Shown: one piece after another, positions 41,477-54,314 of the stretch
Layout: each line of letters starts with the position of its first letter
Numbering within the stretch: position 1 is the first letter of the stretch
From: Octopus sinensis
Lineage: Eukaryota
Reading direction: 5' to 3'
Assembly (NCBI RefSeq): GCF_006345805.1
Contig: NC_042998.1
Coordinates: 122,326,001-122,390,000, forward strand
DNA length: 64,000 nt
Position numbers and translations under genes: made by a program
The notes under the pieces: generated by a model
The model's database searches: none
What the model saw: the letters and a program-made list of their open reading frames with translations, nothing else
What the model was told of the DNA's origin: nothing

Positions 41477-41494
41477 TAATAATATTAATAATAA

Positions 41495-41712
41495 TATTGT
41501 CGGAGCCCTGGGAACAATGAGCAAAAATCACAAGAAGTATGTGGAACAAATAAGGATCTGCAATAAGGGTGGAGCACTTGCAGAAAACAGCACTGCTTGG
41601 AACTGCTTGAATACTCTGGAAGGTGCTCGAAAAATAAGAGGTGTTACCTTAGTTCACTGGCAGTGAACAGCTGACACTATTACATCTCCAACGTTAGAAG
41701 CTGTGCAAAGGT
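41495..41712 (+). mobile_element. R4/Dong-like LINE extreme 3' fragment in an (AAT)n array
   Basis: IVGALGT...KYVEQI then, in a shifted frame, LQKTALLGTA; characteristic C-terminus of RLE-type LINEs; flanked by (AAT)n. Confidence 0.7.
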
Positions 41713-41804
41713 AACAACAACAATAATAATAATGATAATAATAATAATAATAATAATAATGATGATGATGATGATGATGATGATGATAGTAATAATAATA
41801 ATAA

Positions 41805-42018
41805 TCCTTTCTACTATAGGCACTATGTCTGAAATTTAGTGGGAGGGGTATTGTTGATTGCATCAATCCCAGTACATGACTGGTATATAATTCTTCACCC
41901 CAAAAGGATGAGAGGCAAAGTCGACCTCAGCAGAATTTGAACTGAGAACGTAAAAACAGATGAAATGCTGCTAAGCATCTTGCCCAGCATGCTAACAATT
42001 CTGCGAGCTCACTGTCTT
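41805..42018 (-). mobile_element. SINE family G (Nin-domain-like)
   Basis: Reverse strand has gagttcaaattc-like B box and gtcgactttgcct.tcatcctttt.gggt motif resembling the Nin domain; also at 47830 and 62535. Confidence 0.7.
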
Positions 42019-42028
42019 AATTATACTA

Positions 42029-42576
42029 ATCATCATCATCATCATCATTTAACGTCCATTGTCCATGCTGGCATGGGTTGGATAGTTTGACCAGGGCTGG
42101 CAAGCTGGAAGGCTGCATCAGACTTCAGTCTGATTTGGCGTGGTTTCTATAGTTAGATGCCCTTCCTAACATGAACCACTCCGAGAGTTTAATGTGTGCT
42201 TTTATGTGTCACCTGTAGCGGTGCCATTTGTGTGGTGCTAGTATCTTCCATGACTGCGATTTTACTTGGCTTGATGGGTCTTTTCAAGCATGGCAAAATG
42301 CCAAAGGTCTCGGTCATTGCCTCTGTGAGGCCCAACACTTGAAAGGTGCTTTCTACATGCCACTGGCATTGGCCATGTAGCCTCCATGAGGTCCAACGCT
42401 CGAAAAGTGTTTTTTTACATGTCACCCGTACAGTTACCAGTTATATGACACCAGCATCAGTCACGACTATGATTTCACTTGGGTTGATGAGTCTTCTCAG
42501 CATGTTGCAAAAGGTCTTGATCACTCGTCATTGCTTCTGTGAGGCTTAAAGTTCAAAGACCATGCTCCACCACTTC
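42029..42576 (-). mobile_element. RTE-LINE 3' fragment with internal duplications
   Basis: (CAT)n tail, shared terminus, LGLTEAMT remnants occurring twice. Confidence 0.8.
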
Positions 42577-43017
42577 AATAAAAGAAAAAGTCAACAGATC
42601 TCACTGTATAACACCAAATACAAATGAAATAGAAATAGGGGCTACAGAAAATCAAGAAGAGGATGTATTTGAGGAGCCCTCTGTGGGTAATGAAATAGAA
42701 GAACCTGTAAAACAACCAACAGCACAAAACAGTGACATGGATAGGGAGAAATATTTGGAGCTAAAAGAAGAAATACAGAGAAAATGGGAACAGGTAAAAG
42801 CACAAGACACCACAGACAGAGAGCCCTTACCAAAAGTCAGTATGGATAAGAATCTGAAGGTGTTGATTAAAATTGGCAATAATGTAATAGATGAGATAAA
42901 ATCAACAACAATAGAACCACTAAATATAACATCGCTAAACCAACTAAATATAACATCACTAAACCAGCTAAATATAACATCACCAAACCAACTAAACATA
43001 AGATCGCTAAACCAGTC
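42577..43017 (+). pseudogene. Open fragment resembling the N-terminal part of an R4/Dong-type LINE ORF, ending in a 4x24-bp repeat
   Basis: DREPLPKV...LIKIGNNVI...ITSLNQL pattern; LNITSLNQ x4. Confidence 0.45.
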
Positions 43018-43039
43018 CATTTGGACTGACTATTTGCAT

Positions 43040-43380
43040 CAAGAAGACTGAAGTTTTATTCCAACCAAGTCCTGGGGCAGCACATTCTCAAGACTCAAAT
43101 GTGATGATAAACAACAAGAAAACTCAAATATTTTGGAAATACAGTAAACGTTAAGAATACTTTTGATGACAAAATCAATGTTAGTATATCTAAGGCTACT
43201 AATGATTTTGGAAAACTTTCCCATCATTTCTGGGATGAACACAATATCAATCTGAAAACCCAAATAAGTGTATACAAATCTTGTATTTTGAGCACACTTC
43301 TGATTGGGGCAGAAGCATGGACTCTCTACCACAGACATATAAAGAAATCTGAAACCTTTCACATGTGCTGTTTGTGTAAC
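43040..43380 (+). mobile_element. RTE (BovB-like) LINE fragment, upstream part
   Basis: ISVYKSCILSTLL.GAEAWTLYHRHIK...FHMCCL. Confidence 0.7.
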
Positions 43381-45198
43381 GGTGCCATTCATTCTGACAT
43401 TTTGAGCAAAATATTACGAGCGAACAGTACTTTCAGCGAAGGTTAATTTTAAGTGAAATATATACTAGCATATATATTGCAATTGACGTTAGCAATTGAT
43501 ATTTTTCAAATCAGTTATTCAAAGTTATTAGAAGCATTTGTAGCTAACTTATCATGGACATTATTATTTCGAATCATAGCAAAAGCAAAATAGCCTATAA
43601 TAGTTTCATCTATAGAAAGAATAAAGTTACTCAAACCACAATTACATGAGATTGTGAAGTGAAAGGTTGTAAAGGACAATTGAGTACCTCATAGGAATAC
43701 AAAAAGATAAATATTGCAATGAGAAAGGAGAACAGTTGCATGCTTCCAAACTTGTTAAAGTCAGAGAGGAAAAAGTTAAAGAAGTTTGCAAAGCTGCTGT
43801 AACAATGCATGATCTACCGAGATGCATACTCCAGGGTGCCATTGCTTGTTTACCAAATGAACTTACAGCAAAGATTGGACTAGGAGCAAAATTAAAATGT
43901 ACTGCATCTGTGAGGCAAAGAGCTATGGGGAAGGGAACTACTCTCCACCCACTCAATCAGCAGCATCCATCATTTTTCTAGAATCCTGAGGTCTATTTTC
44001 AAGGGCGATAATTTTGTTCTTCATCACAGTAGTATAAGTGATGAGAAAAGGATAATAATTTTTGGAACTAATGAAAGTCTTACCTGGCAGAGAGACAATT
44101 GTCAATGGTTAGCTAACGGAACTTTCAAAACAGCTCCAAGTATTTTCCTACAAAATTTTACAATGCATGCATTGATAAAGGAATGTGTAATACCTTGTAT
44201 ATATGCTTTACCTATGAATAAATGTGAGGAAAGTTACACAGCAATATTCACCAAATTGAAAGAATTAGAACCTTTGTTAGATCCTACTTCGTCTTAATAG
44301 ACTTTGAAATGTAATAACACACACATTCCCATACTCAAGTATAGCAGGATGCTTCTTCCATTTGGAACAGAACATATGGAGAAAGGTTACCAATGAGGAT
44401 CTAAGAGAAAGATATACTAACTAACTAAATGTTTGAATGTTAATCAAAATGATGACCTTCACAGCATCTCTCCCTGCAGACGATGTCATAGCAGGGTCTC
44501 AAGCCGTATGTGAGTTGGAAAATTATGTTGAAGATCTTGACATTATTTTCAATTATTTCAAAGATAATTATATTGGCCACCCATTGGTAAACAACCGTAG
44601 AAGAAAGCCTAAATTTTCAATGTCACTGTAGACCATGTTTAGCAGAATTCAGATAGTTCTCCTGTGAAAAAATAATGCTGTAGAAGGGTGGCACACTGTT
44701 TTCCAAGGCAGTCTATCTTGTAGTCACCTGACAGTTTGACTCTTAATAGAGGATTTAAGAAGGGAAGAGAGCCTAGAAAGGACAAAATATTTTGGAATTT
44801 GTTCAGGAGAACCTGCACGAATGAAAAGGAAATGTGTGAACTTTGAAAGAATAATTAAATGCATTGTTAGATTAAGAGAAGATTTAGAAATTACAGATTA
44901 TCTTAGCCACTTTGGCTACAATATTACTTTTTGAGTTTATATTCTTTCTATAATTAATGTTTTTGATTTTAAATTTTGTGAATTTTTAGTACTTTCTATA
45001 ATAAAATTTGTTGATTTTTAATAATTTTCTATTTAACCATTGTGAAGGTGTAATTATTTATACAAAAATATTAAAAAATGTAGTATATTTTTATTTTTAT
45101 CAACTTTGGTCTAAGTTTCTTTGGCTCAAAGTGACATCACTTAATGGACATTGCTCAAAATGCACATCACTCAAAATGACTTCGTTCAACTGGACAGG
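43381..45198 (+). mobile_element. MULE/Mutator-like DNA transposon, decayed transposase
   Basis: FLYWCH-like N-terminus, RIIIFGT, WLANGTFKTAP, IPCIYAL, LIDFE, GCFFHLEQNIWRKV, YFKDNYIG, NNAVEGWH; subterminal cattttgagc / gctcaaaatg inverted motifs. Confidence 0.85.
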
Positions 45199-45690
45199 TA
45201 ATGTGCATCACATGAAACATAAAATGGCAAGATAAGAGATCCAATGTCAAAATCTTAGAAAAATGTGATATTTCCAGAATCTAGAGCATGCTGATGAGAA
45301 TTCAGTGCAGAGGGGTAGGATATGTTGTTCAACTGAAAAATGGCCTCATTCCAAAGATTCTCCTATATGGTCAACATGTGGAGGGATATTGTGGTAAAGG
45401 AAGACCTGTTCATAGATATAAGTTGAAGCAATCACTAGAATCTCTACAGCTCGACTTCACATCTTGAGAAAGTCATTGCCTAGATCGATCTGCATGGTGT
45501 AAAATGTGTCATGATGCATCCAAACAATTTGAGTTCAGAGAAAAGAAACAATAAAGAACTATATCCTGCAACCAACAGACACATTTTCTCAACCCTAGGT
45601 AAAAACAAAATCATCAATGGCTCCCTTGCAACTTCATAGCAAAATCCATGTCTGGACTCAAATTACATTCACATATCCATCGCAAATAGA
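45199..45690 (+). mobile_element. RTE (BovB-like) LINE fragment, downstream part
   Basis: SNVKILEK...IPKILLYGQ...GKGRP..RY...DRSAW continues the 43040-43380 fragment. Confidence 0.7.
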
Positions 45691-46259
45691 TGCAGCTTCT
45701 TACTATTTATTTTCTTTGTATTACTCTCTTTAACTTTAAGTCTTCTCCTTCAAATGCTCATATGGGAGTGACCATCATTTTATGATGATGATGATGATGA
45801 TGACAACGACGATGACGACGATGATGATAATGATGATGACGATGACAGATGTGGCAGATGTTTCACTTCCTGCTTGTCACACTTCAATATATATTTTATG
45901 ATTGACTCACTAGACTGCCCATTCTAGAGTGACAGTCTCAACAGTAAGTCTCTGCAGCTGTTGCTTCTTTCTTAAGAAAAAAACAATAATTATATTTCCT
46001 TCCTTTTTATAATTTGAATTATAATTTCAGTTACTTTTTAATGTCAGGTAATGACAAATAAACTAGAGAGCAGTAAAAAAAACCTGGTCTGTCTCTATGT
46101 TACAAAACCATTAAGCTACAGTTTAACTTGGTTTGTGAGGCATTAAGGGTGCGAGTCTAATGCAAAGTTAACTCTCAAGTGTCACCTGTACTCATTTTAG
46201 ATGGAGCAACATGAAATGAAGTGCTCTGTACAAAGACACAAAGCAGACTCATGATATAG

Positions 46260-46407
46260 AAGTTTCTGTTTCTGTTGATCAAATCCACTCACAAGGATTT
46301 GGTCAGCCAAAGTAGAAGACACTTGTCCAAGGAGCCACACAGTGGAACTGAACCTGGAACCATATGGTTGGGAAGCAAGCTTCTTACCATACAGCTATGC
46401 CTGCACC
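46260..46407 (-). mobile_element. SINE family A head fragment
   Basis: caaatccactcacaagg...agtagaagacacttg...ggttgggaagcaagcttcttacc. Confidence 0.75.
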
Positions 46408-47078
46408 TGTTTAACAAAGTCTTAATTCCAACTTCTGCATGGTCTTCCCCTCCTTCTTTTTCCTGGATGTGGTGTCCACTCTGTCAGTTTGGTATTCTAT
46501 TATCCTTTCTTCAAAACACATGTCCCACGAAAGACCATTTCAGAATAGATGCTATCCATTAAACCCATCACCACTCACCCTTTGGTTTCTCTACCTCTCC
46601 ATTTTGCTAATCTTCAGCATTTTCCTTTCCATAGGTCTTTGTGTTGCTCTTAATTTATTTTCAATGCTCTCACACCTACTGTAGAATGTCATTTTAAAAA
46701 TAAGCAATCACGTCATCAAAATCTCAAAGCTATGAGATAATGCATAATTAATTCAAGACAATATGAATAAGTAAGCATTACATTTGATAGAGTAAGCCAA
46801 AAGCCAAAGGGTTAAATATATTACTTTTGATGTGCTACTCAAACTTGAATTTGCTTTTGATGGTTTCAGTGTTGATAAAGAAGTTGCAGTGTGAGGGACA
46901 AAAGAAAATGTGGGTGGATAGAAGTGTGTGAGGCAGGTGAAAGATGATTAGGGATGAGAAGAGTGGGGGCAAGGTTGAAAATAAGCATAAGATAAAAGGG
47001 AAGTAGGAGATAAAGATGGCAACTGGTAGTACAGAAAGAGTGAAGAGCCACAAAATAATAATAATAACAATGATGATG

Positions 47079-47118
<40 letters not shown>

Positions 47119-47185
47119 TGATGATAATAATAATAATTATAATAATAATAATAATAACAATAATAACAATAATAATAATAATAAG

Positions 47186-47794
47186 ATACCCTGATGCAGT
47201 ACCAGGCACTGGCTCTCATGGCTTCTGATCTTAACTGATTGGAAGTGTTATTGTGTACATGTTTTGTCTTGGTATAAAAGATGGACTACAGCAAATACTC
47301 TGCTCAATACCACAAATTTGCTTCTCAGTTGCTGGACCATAACCATTTGTGCATGTCCCTTAGTGGCTGATGATATGAGCATCTCCGATCATGAGCGGAA
47401 GTAATGGAGGAGCATTATACTCATGTGTTGAGAAGAATTCTTTGGGGCTTCCAAAATTTACCTCTAGAAACATGAGTGCTTCATTCAACATCCTTAAACA
47501 GCTCTTATTCAGGGACCATTTCCATTTGAGTGGCATGGCTTTTGGGTGGGATTGCTTTGGGTTGGATTGCTTTTGAGTGGGATCAGCTACACGACCAGAA
47601 GAAAATTCTAACAGGGCCCCACCTGCAAGGTCATGTGCTGTTTATCAGGATATGAAATCACCATGTTGCGTGCATATGGTTGTGATACATGTGCCTGGTG
47701 TACCTTTATCAGACAGGTAGTCAAGATAGGTATATTGGGCTTCATATATTTGTACCCCAGTGTCACTTTGATGGCATGCCCTACTCTCTCACTC

Positions 47795-47797
<3 letters not shown>
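47186..47797 (+). mobile_element. Non-autonomous retroelement or LINE 3' UTR inserted in (AAT)n
   Basis: Bounded on both sides by (AAT)n; 3' end gatggcatg...ctctctcactc(aat)n shared with ~40660-40690. Confidence 0.5.
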
Positions 47798-47829
<32 letters not shown>

Positions 47830-47832
<3 letters not shown>

Positions 47833-48140
47833 TTTCTACTATAGGCACAAGGACTGAAATTTGTTGGGGCAAGTCGATTGCATCGATCCCAACACATGAC
47901 TAGTACCTATTTAATTGACACAGAAAGTCAACTTCAGCAGAATTTGAACTCAGAATGTGAAGACAAATGAAATGCTGCTAAGCATTTAACCGCTTCTTAT
48001 TTTGGTACAAGGCAGGTAATTTTGAAGAGGATTTAAGTCAATTACATCAACCTCCAGTATTCAAGTGGTGCTTATTTTATCAATCCTGAAAGGATGAAAG
48101 CAAAATTGACTATGGTGGGAACATAAAGATGGATGAACCA
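47830..48140 (-). mobile_element. Two tandem SINE family G fragments
   Basis: Similar to 41805-42018. Confidence 0.65.
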
Positions 48141-48829
48141 TAATAATAAAACTGTTTCAGCAAATTAATTCTGTATATAAGTGTGTTTTAATATAAATGA
48201 TGTCTAGGTTTTCCCATAAAAATGTGAATAAAAACTAAGTACATATACAAAAATGAATTAAATATGAGTGCTAGGTAAGAAATGAACCCATATCTTTTAG
48301 TAGTCATCTTTGTATAAAAATATATATTTTAATTTCATTCTGTAATAATATTTGTGTTAAAAATGAAAGCAAACATTAAACAAGTGAAAAATCTCAGCTT
48401 TGTACCAATGTGGTTGGCTTCGACATAATGACAACAGCATTCTCTTTTATCAAATTGCATATAACCTCTAGATACTTGCTATTCAACATCTAGAGATACA
48501 GGCTTCTCAATAAGAGACGAAGAATAATTACAAAACACATCATAGAACAAATACTTTAAATAATTCCATATAAGAATATATATTTAGTCTTACTCTAAAA
48601 TAATTTTGCAGATGAAACCCTAGGGAGAGTGTGTGTGCATCTGACAACCCAATTTATTGTAATTTTAATTAATCCAGATGATGAATTCAGATGATAAATA
48701 TTGGATATTTCTCCAATAAACACTGGATATTTGTAGCTTATAATGTATAAAGCACACTGACATTTGAGGAGAATTATTGTCAGTCAGAGTTTAGTTGGAG
48801 AATTAAACAGACCTAGAGTGAAAGGCTAT

Positions 48830-49057
48830 GAGTCAGAGAGAGAAATAAAGATAACAATTTGAAAGAGTAAGAGAGAGAGGAAGAGGGGTGGGGAGAGAGA
48901 AGCAGAATGAGAGACAAAAAACAAAACAGTGAGTGAGAGAGAGAGTTTATTTGTAAGAATGTGTGGTTAAAGAGAAAGAGAAAGTGAGAAACTCATAGCA
49001 GGATGAGTTCAAGAAAAAAGGAAGTAGAACGGTTGAAAAAGAAGAAGCAGCAAGAGA

Positions 49058-49113
<56 letters not shown>

Positions 49114-49640
49114 ATGAGAAACAAAAAAGTGAGAAACAAAAACAGAGAGAGAGAAACAGAGAGAAAGCAACACAAGGAGAGAGAGAGAGTGAGAGGGAGA
49201 GAAACATAAAGAGTGAAAAAGAGTAAGAAGAGAGAGAGAAATGAAGAGTTAGAGTGAGACAGAGAGCAGTGGAAGAAAGAAAAAGATAGGCAAAGATGGA
49301 GTAGAGAATGTGCAAGATAGGAAAAGATAATGAACCATAGACAGAATCACGAATAGTTAGAAACAGAGAGAATAAGGGGCAGGGTGAAGAGAGAGCAAGA
49401 AGAGAAGCAGAAATAAAGATATATTTATAGAGAAGGGGAAAAGAGAGTTAAATGTGAAAAGGTGATAGTGAGAGAGACCAAGGTAGAGAGAAAGATTGGG
49501 GTTTAAGTGACAAAGTCAGACAAGGAATGTTCAAGGGTAAGCTAGAGATATAAGAGGAGAAACTGAAATACAAAAGAGAAAGTAGTAGAGAGTTAATAAA
49601 AGATGGTAAGATGAACAGAGAGTAAGAAAGAGAGAGGTTT
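48830..49640. repeat. GA-rich polypurine tract
   Basis: Visible directly. Confidence 0.9.
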
Positions 49641-52574
49641 GTGCCTCTGAACCTCTCAGTGCTGGATGTCAAACCTTATTCTTTTGGCTTCCCTCTGCAC
49701 TATATATCTTTATAATTCTAGGTTCTTTTCTTGTGATATGGTATTGCATTTTGCTGTCCTCTTTCTTCCATTCTTTCCAGGCCTGTCTTTCAGCTTTTAT
49801 GGTCATATCCATGGTAGTACACCACTACCCTGTTACTTCCCATCTAATTAATACCTTGTTCCAGCTATATACCTTGTCTATAGCTTTTAGCAAGTTCGAA
49901 ACTTCTTGTTGTCCACTAAATTATAGGTCCCTGTATCTCCCTTTTACCATTATGGCAATCACCTAGAATCACTCTACTCATATATTTAGCTGAGAGATGT
50001 CTTAGTTTCCACACCTTGCTTCTCCAGATTTTCTTTTTCTATTTTTCTATTTTTTGGGGTGGGGGTGGGGGGTTCTCTGTTCATGTTGGGTGATACATTT
50101 TTCACCAGAAAAAGACTGTTTTCCTGTTTGAAAGAAAACTTTTTGGTTTGTAGTTTACCTGGTTGAAAGGTAAAGAAGTGGCTTTTGGTTCCTTGAAGTT
50201 AATATTGCAAATGGTTAACTCATTTGCTTCATAGAACACCAAAAGCCTTGATTCCTCATTATTTCTAGAAGAATAAAAATAACTACTATGTATTCCAGAG
50301 TAGCCATCACAGTGCTGCCCAACATCCTCCAAAGTCGCCAGCCAAGGATAAGGGTGTTTCTGTCATCCGTTATTGAGGTGGTTCACAAGAGAGCCTCACA
50401 TGTAATAAGTAGCTCTTTTGCTCATTAGTTAGTCACAATAGTGGGACATAGGCAGTGATAACATTTGCTATTACTTTGCCTACAGTTGTGATGATAATAT
50501 CTATTACTTTTCCCCAATTAATCCTGTCACATACCACTCTTACTACCTTCATCACATTATCTGTACATTCCAGCAAGCAGAATGTCTACTCCACTTAAAC
50601 CAGTACTATTACCTACCCAAGATAACTGGTATTCTTTGCTGGTATTGCACTGATATTTTTGCTGGAGAGGAGTTTGACTGAAGCTTCTCTCAGTCATACA
50701 TCTAGCTTCTCTATAATCACACCATACCTACTTTTCCTTGTACCTCCTGTATTTCTGAGATGTTTTACCTGACAGGAGGAGAATCTCTTATGATAGGAGG
50801 GTTGATGGTTTTTGCCTTTTTACTGCACCTCAAAGGGAAAGCATGATTGTTTGATGACAGGTGAAGGTCTCTCACAGTTGTTACCACCTAGCCACTCCAC
50901 TAAAATGCACAACTCTAGCATATTGTGTGTTTGCCCTGCACATACAATTAGGGGTTATTATTGAGTTGGAGCTTTGCATGAATATGTGTGTGTATGTGTT
51001 TGTGTGTGTGTGTATGCATGTGTGTGTGTGCATATGAAAAAACAAATTTATTGAAGGAAAGAGAGAAGGAGAGAGAGATAGGAGGAGGAGAAAGAGAGAG
51101 ATAATAAAATAGAGAAAGAATGAATACTGTTACTGACTTAGATGGTCAGTCAGTCTAACAGATAGACATAGACAGGTAGAGAAAAAATATATGGCTTTTG
51201 TTTTTTTTCTATATTTATTTCTATATCTATTGTATTTTCTAAGCAAATCTTAATGGCAATCATATAATACAATTTTCTGTGAGGTGAAACCAGATCAATT
51301 TTTCTTTCGTTATTTGTTGTTGCTGTTGTTGTTTGCTTCTAAGCTGAAGCATGTTTGTACTTCTCTTTATTTCACTGAAAACAGTGGAAAGCTTTACCCT
51401 TAAGAAGATTATAGACTGAAATAAATAAAGATTAGTACTTTCCGAAAGTTTTTCCACATCGTTTTTGATACCACAAGGCTAGTTTCTTGTTGCTACTAAT
51501 ACTGATGCTGCTGTTGTAGACAATGTCGTTGTTGGTGGTGATGGTGGTAGTATTGTTGCATTGTTTAGCTTTGGTGTATTCTTTCGATATATTTATTTTA
51601 TTATATTTTTTCCTATCCAAATCAGTTTTGATCACTTATAATACCACATAATGATTTTTTCTTACAGTAAATTAATCTGCATTTTTTTTTCTACAGTTTT
51701 CCATCATCCAAATCAAGAATATCACTCAAAGACCTCTAATTCACCCAAAACTCTGAAAGTAATCATTTCAAAAGGTTATTTTGTGTGCATCTTTGAGAGT
51801 AGATGAGGGTTGGAGGAATTTGGGTTTTACTATAATAATTATTTTCTGTCATCATCATCATCATCATCATTATTATTATTATGATCATTATTATTAATGA
51901 TATTATCATTGTTGTTATTGCTGACTTTATAATGTTTTCTCTTTCATTCTTTAAAGATATTATTGGATTTTGAATCTAATCTTTGGAGCAATTTAAAATT
52001 ATCAGAAGACAGTCGGGGAAGGAGTTATATATTTCTAGGAAATATTATTAAATTAGCTGCAACCATTTTTATTTTCATTCTTTAAGGTGACAATTTTTTG
52101 GAACTTTTTAAAAAATTTTTTCCTTAATTTCTCTTGTCGAAATAATTCTACAATAAAACAGTATAAAGTGAGATAAGGGAAAAGAAATAAAACTTACAAA
52201 ATTGTCAGATTTATTTTGAACCAGAGGAGATCTTTTATAATGATATATTTCTAAGAATGGAAACAATAGTAGCAATAATTCAAACATGGAAAAAATATGG
52301 ATTTCTTTCAACAACAGATTTGTCAGATTTTCATAGAAGAGGAACAAGAGTCACTTGATCAATAAACTTGCTTTATCAAATTCTGAGAGATGAAGTGGGG
52401 TTTCAGCCTTCACTTATGATAACTTAGAACCATTTGGAGTTGAAAATAAATACTGTATGAGTTCAATCTTTAAATGGTTAAGAGAAACAGGTTACATAAG
52501 AAGTCACAATTTTAATGGAGCAAAAAAAAAAAAAAGAAAATGTGCAGTAAAGAAATGTCCCATTCCATTTACAT

Positions 52575-53185
52575 TCTCTCGGGGTAGAGGGAAACTCAGG
52601 AAGATATGGGATGAGGTGGTGAAACATGACCTTCGAATGTTGGGCCTCACAGAGACAATGACGAAAGACCGAGACTTCCGGAGATATGCTGTGACTGAGA
52701 AGACCTGGAAAATAAAGTGAGTTCACAACTGTAATCTACACCAGTGTTGCATAACCAGCCCAATCAAAAGTACCTTGGATTGTAGGGCGACCTGCTGTGC
52801 TTGAGGAGACCTATTGAGTCAAGTACATCAAAATCAAAATCAAATGGAAACAGTAGTTATGATCCCCGTGCCAGTGGCACGTAAAAAGCACCATCCGAAT
52901 GTGGCCGATGCCAGCGCCACATTGACTGGCTTCTGTGCTGGTGGCACGTAAAAAGTACCAACTGATCGTGGTCATTGCCAGCCTCCTCTGGCCCCTGTGC
53001 TGGTGGTACATAAAAAGCACCCACTACACTCTCGGAGTGGTTGGCCTTAGGAGGGGCATCCAGCTGTAGAAACACTGCCAGATCAGACTGGAGCCTGATG
53101 CAGCCTCCTGGCTTCCCAGACCCCAGTCAAACCGTCCAACTCAGGCCAGCATGGAAAACGGATGATGATGATGATGATGATGATA
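52575..53185 (+). mobile_element. RTE-LINE 3' fragment with hairpin repeats
   Basis: RGRGKLRKIWDEVVKHDLRMLGLTETMTKDRDFRRYAV, then UTR repeats and a (GAT)n tail. Confidence 0.88.
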
Positions 53186-53287
53186 ACTAAAATCCTCATC
53201 ACCACCACCACCACCACCACCACAACCACCACCTCCTCCACCACCACCACCACCACCACCACCACCATAACCACCACCACCACCGCC

Positions 53288-53560
53288 ATCATCATCATCC
53301 TCATTATTTAATGTCTGTTTCCCATGCTGGCATGGGTTAGATGGTTTGACAGGAGCTTTGTCTGTTTTGACAGGAGCTTTGTCTGTTTTGACAGGAGCTT
53401 TGTCTGTTTTGGCCTGGCTTCTATGGCTGGATGCTCTTCCTAATGCCAAACACTTTACTGTGTGTACTGGGTGCTATTTATATTCTACCTGCTTGAGTGC
53501 ATTTTATGTAGCACCAGCATGCATGCATTCTCTGTGGTACCGGCAATAGTGCATTTTATG
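53288..53560 (-). mobile_element. RTE 3' end fragment containing a 3x21-bp tandem repeat
   Basis: Shared terminus; tttgacaggagctttgtctgt x3 at 53345-53411. Confidence 0.7.
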
Positions 53561-53639
53561 TAATAAAACAAATATTTTAAGCCATTTATCAAATAACAAT
53601 ACATTACTTTTACACAATAACAACACAATTGATATAATT

Positions 53640-53888
53640 ATCATTATCACCATCTTTGTTTAACATCCGCTTTCCATGCTGGCATGGCTGCATCATGCTC
53701 CAATCTGATCTGGCAGAGTTTCTACAGCTGAATTCCCTTCCTAATGCCAACCACTATGAGAGTGTAGTGGGTACTTTTATGTACCACTGATATGAGGGCC
53801 AGTCAGGCGGTAGTGGCAATGGACATGGTCAAATGGTGTTTTCTATGTGCCAACTGCACAGGAGCTAGTCCAGCAGCACTGGCAACAA
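53640..53888 (-). mobile_element. RTE 3' UTR fragment running into the gap
   Basis: Shared terminus and repeat units. Confidence 0.75.
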
Positions 53889-53988
53889 NNNNNNNNNNNN
53901 NNNNNNNNNNNNNNNNNNNNNNNNNNNNNNNNNNNNNNNNNNNNNNNNNNNNNNNNNNNNNNNNNNNNNNNNNNNNNNNNNNNNNNNN
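53889..53988. other. Assembly gap (100 N)
   Basis: Run of N. Confidence 1.
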
Positions 53989-54273
53989 GTGCAATAAACA
54001 CCTAGGAGAGCACAGGAAATAAACTTTTTCAACCATCTGTGTGTGTGTGTGTGTGAGTTTGTGTGTGTAGGTGTGTATGCGTGTGTGTGTGTGTATGCAT
54101 ATATATTGCAGAAAAACGTATATATTTGATAGAATATATACGTTTTTTTGCAATTTACTTAATCTTTGGTATATTATTGTTATTTTAATTTTAATATTTC
54201 TATTATATGTAATTTTCTAGATGGTGTAATTTATTGTTCATTTTGAATTGATAAAAGGTGTTTTTTTCTAATT

Positions 54274-54305
<32 letters not shown>

Positions 54306-54314
54306 CAACTTTTA

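Noticed and set aside
49650-50970. Ancient LINE RT remnants (also ~1990-2350, 11650-12100, 22350-22700, 32400-33340, 36100-37500)
   Set aside because: Only faint motif echoes; too degraded to assign clade or boundaries by eye
51696-51775. Possible + strand exon after ttttttttctacag
   Set aside because: Good acceptor but weak donors and no recognisable peptide; expected by chance in AT-rich DNA
53141-53449. Gly-rich protein with KTDKAPV repeats
   Set aside because: Derived from a (CAC)n microsatellite and a 21-bp tandem duplication within an RTE tail
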